IMG/VR virus record: IMGVR_UViG_3300032236_001503
Span: 1 to 64,000 of that record
Strand: one strand, 5' to 3'
From: a virus
Length of the DNA: 64,000 nucleotides
Shown here: one piece after another, positions 20,773 to 30,700 of the stretch
How the letters are laid out: every line of letters starts with the position of its first letter
Numbering within the stretch: position 1 is the first letter of the stretch
Position numbers and translations under genes: made by a program
The notes under the pieces: model-generated
Told to the model about the DNA's origin: nothing
The model's input: only the letters and a program-made list of their open reading frames with translations
Database searches by the model: none

Positions 20773-20942
20773 CCATTAATAAGTGATCTACCATCCAAGT
20801 TAGGATTGTTACTGAGAACTTCTCTAACCTGCTGATGTGGTTGTTCAACAATCTTATATGCTTCTAAAAGAGAAACAATGTGTTGAACCTTATCATTAGG
20901 AATGGTATAATTTCTACCTTGAACTGTAATTGTAGTTGTCAT
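20769..20942 (-). CDS. Small hypothetical protein (57 aa)
   Basis: Likely start at MTTTITVQG (20942), which avoids overlap with the divergent gene at 20971. Confidence 0.6.
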   Translation of the reverse strand: MTTTITVQGRNYTIPNDKVQHIVSLLEAYKIVEQPHQQVREVLSNNPNLDGRSLING

Positions 20943-20956
20943 ATATAAATATATAG

Positions 20957-20968
20957 GTAAATATTTAC
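20957..20968. promoter_or_regulatory. Palindromic bidirectional late-promoter box GTAAATATTTAC
   Basis: Perfect palindrome giving GTAAATA on both strands between divergent ATGs at 20942 and 20971. Confidence 0.55.
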
Positions 20969-20970
20969 AC

Positions 20971-21459
20971 ATGTCAAGCGATAACGAAATAGATTCGATC
21001 ATAGAAGAATTAAAGGGTAGTGCTGTTCCAGCCGAACACGCAAAACCATATAAACCAGTTCCAACAGAAGAAATAACCGATGATAATGTTGGTGATTATG
21101 TTTATAAAAAATCAGCCGAATTAGTTGAATCAACTTTAGGTGCGGTTCAAAATTTAAAAGATAGTGTATTAACCGGAAGTGATCCAAGAGAAATTGCTGC
21201 GCTATCACAGCTTATAAATTCTGCTACAAAAGCATTGGATCAATTAAACAAAATCAATATACAGAATAAACAAAGTAAAAATAATATTGAGGTTAAGAAA
21301 ATGGAAATTGCAGCTAATGCAGATAGACCCCAATTACCTAATACAACAAATGTATTAATTGCAACAAGAGATGAAATTATGTCACAGATTTTTAATCCTA
21401 AAACACCAAAAAAACAACCATTAGAAATAGTTGATGCTGAGTTTAAAAAAGACAATTAA
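20971..21459 (+). CDS. Probable terminase small subunit (T4 gp16-like)
   Basis: Helical core DPREIAALSQLINSATKALDQL and C-terminal TNVLIATRDEIM resemble gp16; late box upstream. Confidence 0.6.
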   Translation: MSSDNEIDSIIEELKGSAVPAEHAKPYKPVPTEEITDDNVGDYVYKKSAELVESTLGAVQNLKDSVLTGSDPREIAALSQLINSATKALDQLNKINIQNKQSKNNIEVKKMEIAANADRPQLPNTTNVLIATRDEIMSQIFNPKTPKKQPLEIVDAEFKKDN

Positions 21460-21485
21460 TTTAGTCTGATATATTGAAAGCGAAG

Positions 21486-21512
21486 AAGGTTCACCACAAG
21501 TGAACCTTTTTT
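21486..21512 (+). terminator. Rho-independent terminator
   Basis: AAGGTTCAC-cacaa-GTGAACCTT then TTTT, just after the gp16-like gene. Confidence 0.85.
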
Positions 21513-21566
21513 GTTTGTAATGTACTATACACCTTATAGGTGTATTTCGATATACAAATCAATCTA

Positions 21567-21612
21567 AAAAAGGCAAAGAAATGCCCCCATGCCTAGCAAT
21601 CGACATGGGGGC
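21567..21612 (-). terminator. Terminator downstream of the major capsid gene
   Basis: GCCCCCATG/CATGGGGGC stem (21583-21612) followed on the minus strand by ATTTCTTTGCCTTTTT. Confidence 0.75.
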
Positions 21613-21637
21613 GAACTTTCTTTGGTTGAATTAACTC

Positions 21638-23104
21638 TTAGAGGTAGTTTGCAGCGACTGCATTACCTTGGAAGTTAGTTCCGAGACCCTTAACTATGAT
21701 AACGTGGTAGTATAAAGATGCACCGAAGATATGATCAACTACGCCGTAGCGAGTCATAAGACCTACACGTGGTGCAAAGTCATTAGGACCAACTGTGCGT
21801 TGGATCATAACTGGGATGTATGGGCAATATACAATACCTGTATCGTAGTATTCGGTTCCCTTATAACCTAAGAGGGCATACTCAAGCGGATTTGCTCTTT
21901 GACCTGAAAGATACTGCGCATCGGTACGTGTGTCACGGTAAACGGTGAAACGTCCACCAAGTGTTCCAACTTTGGCAATGCCTGTTGGCTGGGTGTTTAC
22001 GTTTCCATTTACTGGCATCCACTGAAACTCTGGCAACATTTCAAGAATTGCACAAACACGAGGTGTAGCGATAACGAAGTTAGCACTACCTCTACGGTTG
22101 CGGATAGCAACACGGTTTGCTTCTACAATAACCTTGGAATAGAAGTCACGGTTTCTCTCACCAAGCCAACGTGCGTCAGCTGATTGAGCGTACCAATATG
22201 TGTATCCGTTAGGTGTACCTGCATTGAGACATACTTGGATCATTCTCATGACCATTTCACGGTCGATTTCAGCCTGAATTTCATATGACATTGCATTTGT
22301 TAATTCAGAATCGATATCTAAACCGTTCATGTTCTTGAGATCCTGTTCAAGTTCAACTGACCAACGAGCAGCGAGGCGGCGTGTGCCAGCTTCAACTGCT
22401 GTTTTGCTGAACTCAACAACAACCTGTGGGATGTTGCCAGTTAATTCATAGTCACTTAAGAGTGCGGCAACACCCTGATCTTGACCGAGAACGGTGAAGT
22501 CAGCGGAGTTTGCACCAGTAATTCCTTGGAAATATGATGCTGCACTTGTGCCTGTGAATCGTGTATCTAAGTATTGATAGCCTAACTCCTGTGCGTCTGA
22601 GGATGTACGGTCGTAACCGTCACCTGTCTGCACAGTTCCTGGTCCGTACTGGGTAACACCTGGGGTGGCTACACCATCAAGACCATTTCCTGCTAAGCTG
22701 TCTGCCTCATAGCGGTAACGTAAAGCAAATGCAAGTCCGACTGGGCCGCTCATTGGCTGGACACCTACGATCTCGTTTGTGATAAGCTCTGGGAAAGTAC
22801 GGCGTACCATTGGGATGAGTACCTTTGGTAAGCGACTGTCTCCAGCAGCATAGTTATCACTGGAAAACTGATTGTATGATGCAGCTGTGCCGAAAACACC
22901 ACCCTGACCGGATGAGTTTGAGGCTTCTTCGATGCACCATCTTTCTTGGTTTTCCATGAGAATAGCAGTAGTTAAGCGTTGGTGCTCGTTTTCGATTGCT
23001 GCAACCTTATCGGATGAATAATCAAGAACTGGGGCCCACTTTTCAACTAACTGCTGAGCACGAGAACGATCAATGTAGCCTGTGGCTGGATTAACGTTTT
23101 TCAT
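21638..23104 (-). CDS. gp23: Major capsid protein
   Basis: KWAPVLD, LIPMVRR, EIVGVQPMSGPVGLAFALR, ELEQDLK, EIQAEIDRE, YCPYIP, GLMTRYG; AGGAG Shine-Dalgarno upstream. Confidence 0.97.
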   Translation of the reverse strand: MKNVNPATGYIDRSRAQQLVEKWAPVLDYSSDKVAAIENEHQRLTTAILMENQERWCIEEASNSSGQGGVFGTAASYNQFSSDNYAAGDSRLPKVLIPMVRRTFPELITNEIVGVQPMSGPVGLAFALRYRYEADSLAGNGLDGVATPGVTQYGPGTVQTGDGYDRTSSDAQELGYQYLDTRFTGTSAASYFQGITGANSADFTVLGQDQGVAALLSDYELTGNIPQVVVEFSKTAVEAGTRRLAARWSVELEQDLKNMNGLDIDSELTNAMSYEIQAEIDREMVMRMIQVCLNAGTPNGYTYWYAQSADARWLGERNRDFYSKVIVEANRVAIRNRRGSANFVIATPRVCAILEMLPEFQWMPVNGNVNTQPTGIAKVGTLGGRFTVYRDTRTDAQYLSGQRANPLEYALLGYKGTEYYDTGIVYCPYIPVMIQRTVGPNDFAPRVGLMTRYGVVDHIFGASLYYHVIIVKGLGTNFQGNAVAANYL

Positions 23105-23156
23105 TTGTTTGTTTACTCCTATGGATAGAATACTGTAAGTTTAAAAATTACCTAAA

Positions 23157-24074
23157 TTACTTCTTTGCAGAATAACTTTCGGTTTTCTTTAACTCACTCA
23201 GATATCCGCTAACTTGGGACGAACCCTCGTTAGAAATAGTTACTGATTCAGTAACTACTGAACTTGTAGGAACCTTGGCATCTCTGGTTTTAGCAGTAGC
23301 CTTGGCTTCACTAACAAGTTCAGACGCAGCTTCTGTTTCGCTACGTTCAAACATCTCAACAACATAGTTAAAATTCTCTTCAATATAAGAACTGTCTTTG
23401 TCGTTTAACAATTTAACAATAAAATCTTTTTTGCTTGATGGCATACCCTTGGTCTTTTGCTCAAGGATAATTGTTGCCTCAACAACTTTAAGCTTCTCTA
23501 AGAGAGCTTCATTATCTCTATAAGACTCATTGAGCTTCTCATTAAGAGAATCAATGGTCTTTTTACCTTCAGCAATTGTGGTCTTGATACCGGAGTCAAT
23601 AGCCTCCTGATCAATTCCGACAATCTGACGGATTTTGTCAAGCTGTGTACGAGCATATGTATTCTCTACAGCTTCTTGTAATTGTGCCTTTGGAAGAGCT
23701 TTATCCAAAGAGATATCAATGAAGTTTGAAACTTCATCAATCATAGAATTCTTGAAATTAGCAGCCTTTTCATTTAAGGCTTTGCGATAATATGAGGAAA
23801 GTTTTTCTAACTTGCTTGTGTGATCTTCATTAATCGCATCAACAACCTTTTGGAGTTTGTCGGTGTGATCGGTATCAATAGCTTCTAAAAGTTTTTCTAA
23901 CTTTGCAGCGTGATCAATGTCTTGCTGTGAAAGAGCACTCTCAACTTGAAGAGTTACTCTGGCTTCAACTTTTTCGTTTACTGCTGATTCAAATGCTTCA
24001 GCGATTGCTGTTGCAGTTTCTTCTGAGATTACACTCTTGTCTAAGTTTTCTAAGATTGCTTTGAAATTCTTCAT
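23157..24074 (-). CDS. gp22: Prohead core scaffold protein
   Basis: Acidic coiled-coil with AFESAVNEKV motif; lies between gp21 and gp23. Confidence 0.8.
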   Translation of the reverse strand: MKNFKAILENLDKSVISEETATAIAEAFESAVNEKVEARVTLQVESALSQQDIDHAAKLEKLLEAIDTDHTDKLQKVVDAINEDHTSKLEKLSSYYRKALNEKAANFKNSMIDEVSNFIDISLDKALPKAQLQEAVENTYARTQLDKIRQIVGIDQEAIDSGIKTTIAEGKKTIDSLNEKLNESYRDNEALLEKLKVVEATIILEQKTKGMPSSKKDFIVKLLNDKDSSYIEENFNYVVEMFERSETEAASELVSEAKATAKTRDAKVPTSSVVTESVTISNEGSSQVSGYLSELKKTESYSAKK

Positions 24075-24096
24075 ATTATGTATAATAACTTATCCT

Positions 24097-24342
24097 TTAT
24101 TTATTCCCTTTTGATGACTTTTTTTTAGTCTTTGCGGATTTAGGGAATTTTCCTTTCTTACCCTTGTCACCAAAGGCTGAATCTTTTTCTGACCAACCCT
24201 TTACTTTTTGACTAGGCATGGTCTTTTTTACTTTTTCCTTTGTCTTTGCTTCAACTACTTGTTCAAGTGTTGAATTGGCTTGTGCGTAATTCTTCTCACA
24301 AAGTTGTGTTATGAATTTTGAAATTAATTTGCGAATTTCCAT
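24097..24342 (-). CDS. Small head-assembly protein with basic tail (possibly gp67/68-like)
   Basis: Inside the head operon, own GATAAGTA box, Lys-rich C-terminus. Confidence 0.5.
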   Translation of the reverse strand: MEIRKLISKFITQLCEKNYAQANSTLEQVVEAKTKEKVKKTMPSQKVKGWSEKDSAFGDKGKKGKFPKSAKTKKKSSKGNK

Positions 24343-24376
24343 ATGTGTATTATTACTTATCTTTTATTTACTACAA

Positions 24377-25045
24377 TTAGTAAGATTTCAATGCATTAAT
24401 AAATGCAACAAATTGTTCACGGAGATAAGCGTCTTTATTTTTTAATGGTAATGTTGAAATTCTATTTTCAAAATTATCATAAAGTGCTTCAAGTTCACCA
24501 TTATCTTTTAATACCCACTGCTTGGATTCTAGGATACCATTAACAAAGGCTGTGGGGACTGATGGATCAGCAACAACGTCAATTGCAACTAAACGAAAAT
24601 CAGAAACTTTACCAACGCCATTTTCCTGATCAACACGACCAAGAGCACGACTTGATACACCGAGTTTAACACCATCCATAATTAATGAACGAACAACTTG
24701 TCCAACTGGTGTTGAAAGAATTTTTGATTTACCTTCGAAAATATTTCCATCCTGCTTTAATTCGGTAACAATATGACAGGCTCTTTCTAAATTAATTTCT
24801 GGTGATGTTGGGTGATTAAGTTCACCTGTTGCACGATTACCTTTAATCATTTCTTTATCGTAACGAGCAACCTCACGAACCATTTCTTCTAATGGATAAA
24901 CACGCTTGTTACGGTTAGCCTCATTAGCCATAAGGAACGGTCCCTTAATATACATGTTTGAAGGTGAATTACGGTTTTGTTCTTCAACCAAATATTTTAA
25001 TTCATAGGTAGGTTGCTCGACCAAAAGATTATAAACGTTACTCAT
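24377..25045 (-). CDS. gp21: Prohead protease
   Basis: NRNKRVYP, GELNHP (His), LGVSSRALG (Ser), DVVADPS. Confidence 0.95.
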   Translation of the reverse strand: MSNVYNLLVEQPTYELKYLVEEQNRNSPSNMYIKGPFLMANEANRNKRVYPLEEMVREVARYDKEMIKGNRATGELNHPTSPEINLERACHIVTELKQDGNIFEGKSKILSTPVGQVVRSLIMDGVKLGVSSRALGRVDQENGVGKVSDFRLVAIDVVADPSVPTAFVNGILESKQWVLKDNGELEALYDNFENRISTLPLKNKDAYLREQFVAFINALKSY

Positions 25046-25073
25046 ATATTAATTACTTAGTATTGTATTTACA

Positions 25074-25520
25074 CTAATTCAAATGTTTTTCATTAAGAAT
25101 TAAAAAAGTATATTCATTTTTTTTACACCATTGACGAGCAGCATCCCATTTAGCCTGATTAACTGCCCATGTTACCTTCTCATAAAGCATCGTTGATTGT
25201 TTTTTCTTAGCAGTAATGGTTGGTGGTCTTGTTTGCTTCTCTGGTTTTACTTCAATTAATAACTTTTGAATTTTTCCGGTTCTATCTTTTAATGAGGCAA
25301 CAATATCGACAAAGTATTTATGAACTTTACCATCTTTGGGTGATTGATATGGTATAACAACGGATTCGCTTCCCCATGTTAATATGTTGACATTATTATC
25401 AAGGTAGCGGAATGTTTTTAGTTCTAATCCTGAACGATATATTATAGGTGATGAACCTCTATATTTTTCTGGGTTTTTGGGTTGGTAAATCCCTTGTATG
25501 TAATTGCGGTTTTTTTTCAT
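25074..25520 (-). CDS. gp4: Head completion protein (T4 gp4, TnsA-like nuclease fold)
   Basis: PKNPEKYRG, YRSGLE, WGSESVVIPY, HKYFVD, LIEVKP, NQAKWDAA. Confidence 0.9.
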   Translation of the reverse strand: MKKNRNYIQGIYQPKNPEKYRGSSPIIYRSGLELKTFRYLDNNVNILTWGSESVVIPYQSPKDGKVHKYFVDIVASLKDRTGKIQKLLIEVKPEKQTRPPTITAKKKQSTMLYEKVTWAVNQAKWDAARQWCKKNEYTFLILNEKHLN

Positions 25521-25533
25521 AGATTGTTATGTC

Positions 25534-25571
25534 TGTTGCAATAAATGATGTAGTGGTCATTTATTGCGACA
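25534..25571. promoter_or_regulatory. 15-bp inverted repeat between gp13 and gp4
   Basis: TGTTGCAATAAATGA-N8-TCATTTATTGCGACA, one mismatch. Confidence 0.6.
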
Positions 25572-25587
25572 AAGATAATCAATAAGA

Positions 25588-26526
25588 TTATCCAAGATAG
25601 AAGTTGATTGGATCACGATCAACCATGTCAGTCATGATTTCTTTTTCCAATGCTTCTTTCTCTGCTTCACCCTGACGTTGAATGTCTTGGTAATTTACTG
25701 TTTGATTTCCAAATAAATTTGTTCCAGCATATTTGCCTCTGGTGTGACCCATTGTTATTTTACAAAGAGCCATTGTATATCTATAAACCCATAATTGACT
25801 TACGATATCTTTAATTGCTTTTTGAACTCTGCAACCAACTAATCCATAATAAGGAGTTAAAAGATAATTTGGTTCGGGTACAATTTTTAATATCTGGGTT
25901 TCTGGATAGAATCTAAGATATGGTTTTAATGCGAGGACTTTTTCTCTGGTATCAATCCAAGTTTTAAGAGCTTGCCATGTAACTAAATCATATCCCACAT
26001 TACCTAAAAGTTGACCAAAATATGCCTGTTGTGCAATTGTATTTTCAATTGTGAAAAGCGTATTAACACCAGAGTTATTTCCTTCTTCGTATGAGAATAC
26101 ATCAATAACTTTTCTATATTGATTCATGTCATAATCCCAACCAGCCGAATTTGGTAATGCACTAGGATTAGGTGTGAATGTGCCATAGTTACTAGGTGTT
26201 TGTATTGCGCTAGTAGCTGGTGCTTGCGTTGTTGAATTATACATATCTGGTGTTATGTTAATCAACTTGTCAATTCTTAAACCAACTCCATTTTGATATA
26301 AATCTGATCTAAAGATAAGATATTCTTCTGTTGTACCAGAAAACTTTGTGAACCATTCACAAGCTATATCTATGGCTTCGTATATTTGTTCGCTTGATAA
26401 TTCAATCTGAATTAATGGTTCACCTAATCCTCTTCTTATTCTTTGGGCTAATAAATCATATGTTGTGACCTTTGGTGAAAAGGTCATTGAGCCGTGGAAT
26501 TTATTTGGTAGTACTGAATTAGGCAT
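25588..26526 (-). CDS. gp13: Neck protein (T4 gp13-like)
   Basis: IRRGLGEPLIQIELSSEQI; WVYRYTMALCKITMG..KYAG..GEAEKEALE. Confidence 0.85.
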   Translation of the reverse strand: MPNSVLPNKFHGSMTFSPKVTTYDLLAQRIRRGLGEPLIQIELSSEQIYEAIDIACEWFTKFSGTTEEYLIFRSDLYQNGVGLRIDKLINITPDMYNSTTQAPATSAIQTPSNYGTFTPNPSALPNSAGWDYDMNQYRKVIDVFSYEEGNNSGVNTLFTIENTIAQQAYFGQLLGNVGYDLVTWQALKTWIDTREKVLALKPYLRFYPETQILKIVPEPNYLLTPYYGLVGCRVQKAIKDIVSQLWVYRYTMALCKITMGHTRGKYAGTNLFGNQTVNYQDIQRQGEAEKEALEKEIMTDMVDRDPINFYLG

Positions 26527-26552
26527 TTTAATTACTTATTCTTTTTATTACC

Positions 26553-27338
26553 TTATGGTATGTTATTGAGGTTTACTGGACTTGTATAGTTGGAATAAAG
26601 ATCATCAAAATCTTGTAATAATGATGGTTTAGTAGGTGGTGTATTTGACTCGACCGATCCATCAGATCCTAATAATAAGAATTCAGAATCAATATTATAT
26701 ATTTTCTTAACGACATCATTAAACGATTTAAACATCCAACCTTTAATTGTGAATTGAGTTGTTGCTGTTATTCTATATGGTTGAGTTCCATTTAAATCAT
26801 TTGGATATTGTAGTGCAATATTACCATTCCATAATACTTCACTTCTTATTTCATATGGTATAGTTGAATTTTTAAGATTTGGTAATTTCCAAGAAATAAC
26901 AATATATGGATCACAGTAAGGAATAAAATTAGTAAGAATCTGATCCATATCGGATTGATATCTTGTTACAATAGTCATATCAATTGCTATATTGACAGGA
27001 ACTGGTTGCAGTACTGGAAGAATATAGTCGCCACTTCCATTAGTTGAATCATATTCAACTCTAAATCCTTCTATTTTATTAACAACTCTGCTTTGATCTC
27101 TGGAGATTGATGCAAGGTTAACAGCTATTACTGGTACTGTTATACCACCTGCTGCTGGACTATTTAAATTACTAAATACTCTTTGTTTTGGTGAATATAC
27201 GAACAATACTTTATCACCACTGGTTGGTGGCATAACGGTTTCTGTGTTATCATATCTTTTAATAATAACATCATTGAAAGCCTGACAGAATTGCTCAATG
27301 AGCGTCTGGACTTCCCAATTAAACGTATAATTCTTCAT
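26553..27338 (-). CDS. gp15: Tail sheath stabilizer/terminator (T4 gp15-like)
   Basis: FNDVIIKR, YSPKQR, PVPVNI..DMDQILTNFIPY, FTIKGWMF. Confidence 0.8.
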   Translation of the reverse strand: MKNYTFNWEVQTLIEQFCQAFNDVIIKRYDNTETVMPPTSGDKVLFVYSPKQRVFSNLNSPAAGGITVPVIAVNLASISRDQSRVVNKIEGFRVEYDSTNGSGDYILPVLQPVPVNIAIDMTIVTRYQSDMDQILTNFIPYCDPYIVISWKLPNLKNSTIPYEIRSEVLWNGNIALQYPNDLNGTQPYRITATTQFTIKGWMFKSFNDVVKKIYNIDSEFLLLGSDGSVESNTPPTKPSLLQDFDDLYSNYTSPVNLNNIP

Positions 27339-27364
27339 TAATTAATACTTAGTATAAAACAAAC

Positions 27365-27399
27365 AAAAAAAGCCAGTGCTTTTAAACACTGGCTTTTTT
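27365..27399. terminator. Bidirectional rho-independent terminator
   Basis: AAAAAAAGCCAGTG-cttttaaa-CACTGGCTTTTTT. Confidence 0.9.
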
Positions 27400-27420
27400 G
27401 AAATTTAATTTAATTAAATC

Positions 27421-27657
27421 TTAGAATGCCCAAGGGATACTTGAAAGAGCAAGAACTGCTGATGCTTGTGCTGTTGCTGTTTCATTTGTCCAATTTCCAG
27501 CGGCGGCATACTGTTCTGCCCCACTCCAAAGAACGATTGGACGAGGAACATTCTTTATTTTAGAAACGATCTTTTGCTCGTGAAAAATATCTCTTACGAA
27601 CTCAATCACTACTGAATCAAGGGTTACTGTTTGTGCTGTTTGTACGGTAATTTGCAT
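27421..27657 (-). CDS. Small late protein (possible fibre accessory/chaperone)
   Basis: 78 aa, own GATAAGTA box, directly downstream of the adhesin genes. Confidence 0.6.
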   Translation of the reverse strand: MQITVQTAQTVTLDSVVIEFVRDIFHEQKIVSKIKNVPRPIVLWSGAEQYAAAGNWTNETATAQASAVLALSSIPWAF

Positions 27658-27702
27658 ATGTACTATTACTTATCTTTGTGATAATCCAATTTCAAATATT
27701 TT

Positions 27703-30700
27703 TTATGGTGCAAAATCTTGATTTGTTCTATGGTATGCAATGCCTTGCCAATTTGTAACATTTGTTTCACTGTTGCTACTATATCCAACGGTTAAGATAG
27801 CACCACCTGCGCCTTGACCATATTGTATTCTTATTGGGTAGTATTGACCACCTACTAATGATACAGGGGAACTAAATGAACCTTGGGTTCCGTGAGAACC
27901 ACCATTATTTACATTACAATTACTTGTTGTGAATCCACTTACAGCATTATTACCGATCCAAAGATAACTTGCATCATCAGAGTAGGTAAAGAATGTAAAA
28001 TTATCTGTATATGGAGCCTTAAAGTAACCTAAGAATTCCCAACTATAATTGTTTAATGTTGGACCGTATCCCTGATTGTAATTGAAATTTCCATAATTGT
28101 CCAAGTTTTGGATAGTACCACTATTATCAACATAGAAATTAAAAAGTTCTGTTGCTACATAATTTTGAGTTTTAAAATTGGTATTAGCTGCAAAGAACGT
28201 TGGATCGTTGGACATCGGTCCTGCACTAAATGAAGCATCTGAATTTCCATTATCATAATACATCCAACCGTATAACCCATTTTGATATGTTGATACTGGA
28301 ATTGTTGATCTTATAATCAATTTAGGATATACTTTTCCGAAAAAAGGATATGTTAAACCTCTACCATTATTATAAAGTTGTGTGATTTCATCTTGTGATA
28401 GTGCTCTACTCCAAATTCCAGCCTCATCCATTAAACCATTTAGTCCATTTCCATAATTTGGTTCATAACCAAAGAACATTTTACCAGAAAGATCATAAGG
28501 ATAATTTTGAGTAGATCCTTGTTGTTGACCATTTATATAACATGTAGCATTTCCTCCTTGTCTAACAAGAACCATATGATACCATGTACCAACATTTAAA
28601 GAAGGATATCCAAAGGAAGCATCATCTGTAACATATCTAGATATTTGTAATCCGTTTTCATTATACCCAAAATACATACTACCGGGATTTTGTCCACAGA
28701 AGAAGAAATAGTTATAATTTGTATCATTAAAGTTTACCCAGCAAGAAAGTGTGAAATCTCCTGATAAATCATAGTTATTATTGTTATATAAATAAACACC
28801 ATTATCTTGGAATGATGCTGCTTGGTTTACAATGCCATTTACATAAGATGTACCACCACTATCGGTTAAATCATTTCCATTACCAGAACTATCGGTTCCA
28901 TTTCCATCAAATTTCCAATATGCCTTTAAATCAGAAGTTAAATTAAATGGATGTGATAATGCATTACCACTATTATATAATGATGTTACTTCACTAGGAG
29001 ATAATACTCTATTCCAAATTTCAAATTCATCAATTTGTCCATAGAATATACCTGCTTGTCCATTAATACCATCTGGAAACGCATCATAATGACCTAATGT
29101 ATATTGACCATTACTGGATAATATCGCACCACTATATGAAAATTGTGCTATTTGATTACCATCATAATATGCGGTGCATATGCCATTACCAAATGTAGCA
29201 ACATAATGATGCCATTCATTAGCAGTTGGTATTATGTTATTACCAAGATTAATAGCCCAATGATTTTCACTATCAGTATTAAATAGCATATTTAAAGTGC
29301 TATTTCCTTCGATATATAAGACATTTAGTTCATCATAATCATGCCCTGTTCCTTGCATCGGACCAATAAACTGATAACCAATATTAGTTTCATTTAATTT
29401 AAACCAAATAGAAAATGATTTTTGATTTGAACCAACATCGCAAACTCCTGCTGGTAAGGTTAACCATGAATTATTGCCATTAGAGATATCGGCAGATTTA
29501 TCATTAATACCCAAAGTGCTACCAACTGATCCATTGGTTTCGGTCATCTGTTGATTGCTAACCGAATCATATCTGGTTCCACTTATTTCATCCATCTTCC
29601 AGTATGCTTGCAATCCTGTTTGTAATGGTGAAACAATGGTTCCTGATAAGGTATTTCCACTAAATAAAAGCTTACCAATTGTCGATGAAGTATTATAATA
29701 TTTTGATTTGAAATTATTATAATTTGTTAAAATTTCATCTGCATTTAATCCACTTGTATAGAATAATACATCATTAATTAATCCAGAATGATAAAAACCA
29801 GAAGGTGTATATTGATCACCATGCATTCCACCAATCCAGAAATTTTCTGTATTATCTAAAGCACCACCAGTTGCAAATGATCCACCTTCGGGTCTTCCAT
29901 CTACATATAAAACTGCATTTGAACCATCATTTGAAACAACTATATTATGCCACTTTCCATCATTTATTTTCGTTGTGGTTGAAAGATAATAATAGTCATC
30001 ATAACCCGTAGTATTAATTCCACCCCACATTCCAATGTAACCATTATTTGTGGTAATACCAAAATCACCAGTATCAACACCAGCACTACCTTTACCAATT
30101 AAGGATGGTTGTTGCCAGTATAAGTCACTTGTTCCGCTTTCTGTAGTATTAACCCATAATGAAATAGTAAATGTTGTTAACCCTGCACCATCAATTGTAC
30201 TAACATAATTTGATGACCCATCAAATGAAAGAAATTTATTATTATAGGTTGGTGATGGAATTGATAATGATGCATTGTTACCAACATTACTTAAATCGTT
30301 CCAACTTAAACTACCATTAGTATAACTTGATGGATTTGTCGAATCTAACCAAAGAACGAGATTATGAGGAATAGGTTTATTGGTCTTATATGGGAGGGCT
30401 TTTCCACTATTATAAAGTCTAGTCACATCAGCTTGTGATAATGCCCTATTCCAAATACCGACTTCATCAAATATGTTTGTTAACCCTTGACCGGAGCCAT
30501 TACCAGTATATGCACCAAGCGTAAAGGTGGAATTGGTTGCTTGAATTGGTGCTGCATAAGTTGATGTATTACTTAATAGTACACCATCTAAATATTGGCA
30601 AGCAGTTCCATTATTGACAACCGTAACGATGTGATGCCATTGGTTTGCTGTTGGTGATACGTTTGAATCTTGATCAGACCAACTGCTATTATTATCTAAT

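Noticed and set aside
21460-21637. tRNA or structured ncRNA in the gap after gp23
   Set aside because: Explained by two convergent terminators; no cloverleaf or T-loop motif seen.
25074-25520. TnsA transposase or transposon
   Set aside because: Motifs and position match T4 gp4 head completion protein; no transposon ends or partner genes.
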